64,000 bases of DNA. Source: Bilabrum cf. latius (taxonomy: Eukaryota). The notes under the pieces were generated by a model, which did no database searches, had not been told where the DNA came from, and saw only the letters and a list, made by a program, of their open reading frames with translations. The translations under genes and the position numbers were made by a program. Positions 63,496-64,000 of the stretch are shown in pieces (within the stretch, counting starts at the first letter, position 1; each line of letters begins with the position of its first letter). The DNA is taken from assembly GCA_965178125.1 (NCBI GenBank), contig OZ237759.1, positions 682,001 to 746,000 of the forward strand, read 5' to 3'.

Positions 63496-64000
63496 ATGAG
63501 CAGGCTGCTTCGGGCGTCTTCGGCAATTGTCAGAGGCATTTCTCGGAATGTTACAGATGGGCTGCGTATTGAAGCTGGGGGAGCTTCAGTATCATTTCGG
63601 CAAGCACAGATGCAACACTTCGCCTACCAGGACAGCCTCCACACCCTTTTAAGTCATGGTGGTTCAACGGCCAGAATTTACGAGATTCCAGCCGATGATG
63701 ACATGCCAGATTGCTGTTTCGTCGAAGACACGGTCATAGTTCAGCCGGGGAGGCGCGCAATGATAACGCGACCTGGTGCTGCCGAGCGTCGGCTAGAGTT
63801 GCCGGCTATGCGAGAGTGCTTGGAGGGACTAGGTTGTGAAGTATCTAGCATCAATGATGCAACCCGCGCAACAATAGACGGAGGGGATGTTTTGTACACT
63901 GGAGACGCGTACTTTGTCGGGCTGTCTCGACGCACGAATGCGGCCGGCGCGGCGAAACTCAGAGTGGCCGCCGGGGGTATTCCAGTCGTGGAGGTGCCCA
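63496..64000 (+). CDS. DDAH: Dimethylarginine dimethylaminohydrolase (amidinotransferase superfamily), 3'-truncated
   Basis: Absent from the ORF track because it runs off the window. My translation gives AIVRGIS...AQMQHFAY...PDCCFVEDT...ITRPGAAERRLE...ATIDGGDVLYTG..YFVGLSRRTN. Confidence 0.92.
   Translation, partial: MSRLLRASSAIVRGISRNVTDGLRIEAGGASVSFRQAQMQHFAYQDSLHTLLSHGGSTARIYEIPADDDMPDCCFVEDTVIVQPGRRAMITRPGAAERRLELPAMRECLEGLGCEVSSINDATRATIDGGDVLYTGDAYFVGLSRRTNAAGAAKLRVAAGGIPVVEVP

Noticed and set aside
1-64000. Mass pseudogenisation or sequencing error as the cause of fragmented ORFs
   Set aside because: The interruptions are exclusively TAG, with no frameshifts and no internal TAA or TGA. 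Catalytic motifs are intact and TAG aligns with Gln.
1-64000. TAG as pyrrolysine, Leu, Tyr or Glu, or occasional read-through
   Set aside because: Paralog swaps with CAG/CAA, the poly-Q context and two glycosidase motifs all indicate Gln. About 40 TAGs in one gene is incompatible with leaky read-through.
1-64000. Suppressor tRNA-Gln(CUA), eRF1 gene, transposon or endogenous virus in this window
   Set aside because: I recognised no cloverleaf, release-factor, transposase, integrase or capsid motifs, though detecting a tRNA by eye is unreliable.

Overview
Compact, GC-rich eukaryotic (protist-like) nuclear DNA with about 16 protein-coding genes, a few short GT-AG introns and short intergenic gaps. 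The main result is a non-standard nuclear genetic code. The supplied ORF track is fragmented because TAG is a sense codon, almost certainly Gln, while TGA (14 gene ends) and TAA (1 gene end) remain stops. Reading TAG as Q joins same-frame fragments into full genes: a ~4,900-aa multi-TM/cyclase-like/split-kinase protein, a ~3,000-aa secreted triple methyltransferase-like/kinase-like protein, a ~2,100-aa NOX-like flavocytochrome, a type I membrane protein with a duplicated ectodomain, a BART-domain protein, cytosolic malate dehydrogenase, a WRAP73-like WD40 protein, GH27 and GH35 glycosidases, two paralogous membrane proteins, an ARM-like protein and DDAH. I recognised no RNA genes, CRISPR arrays or mobile elements. 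All family calls rest on remembered motifs and hand translation, not database searches.
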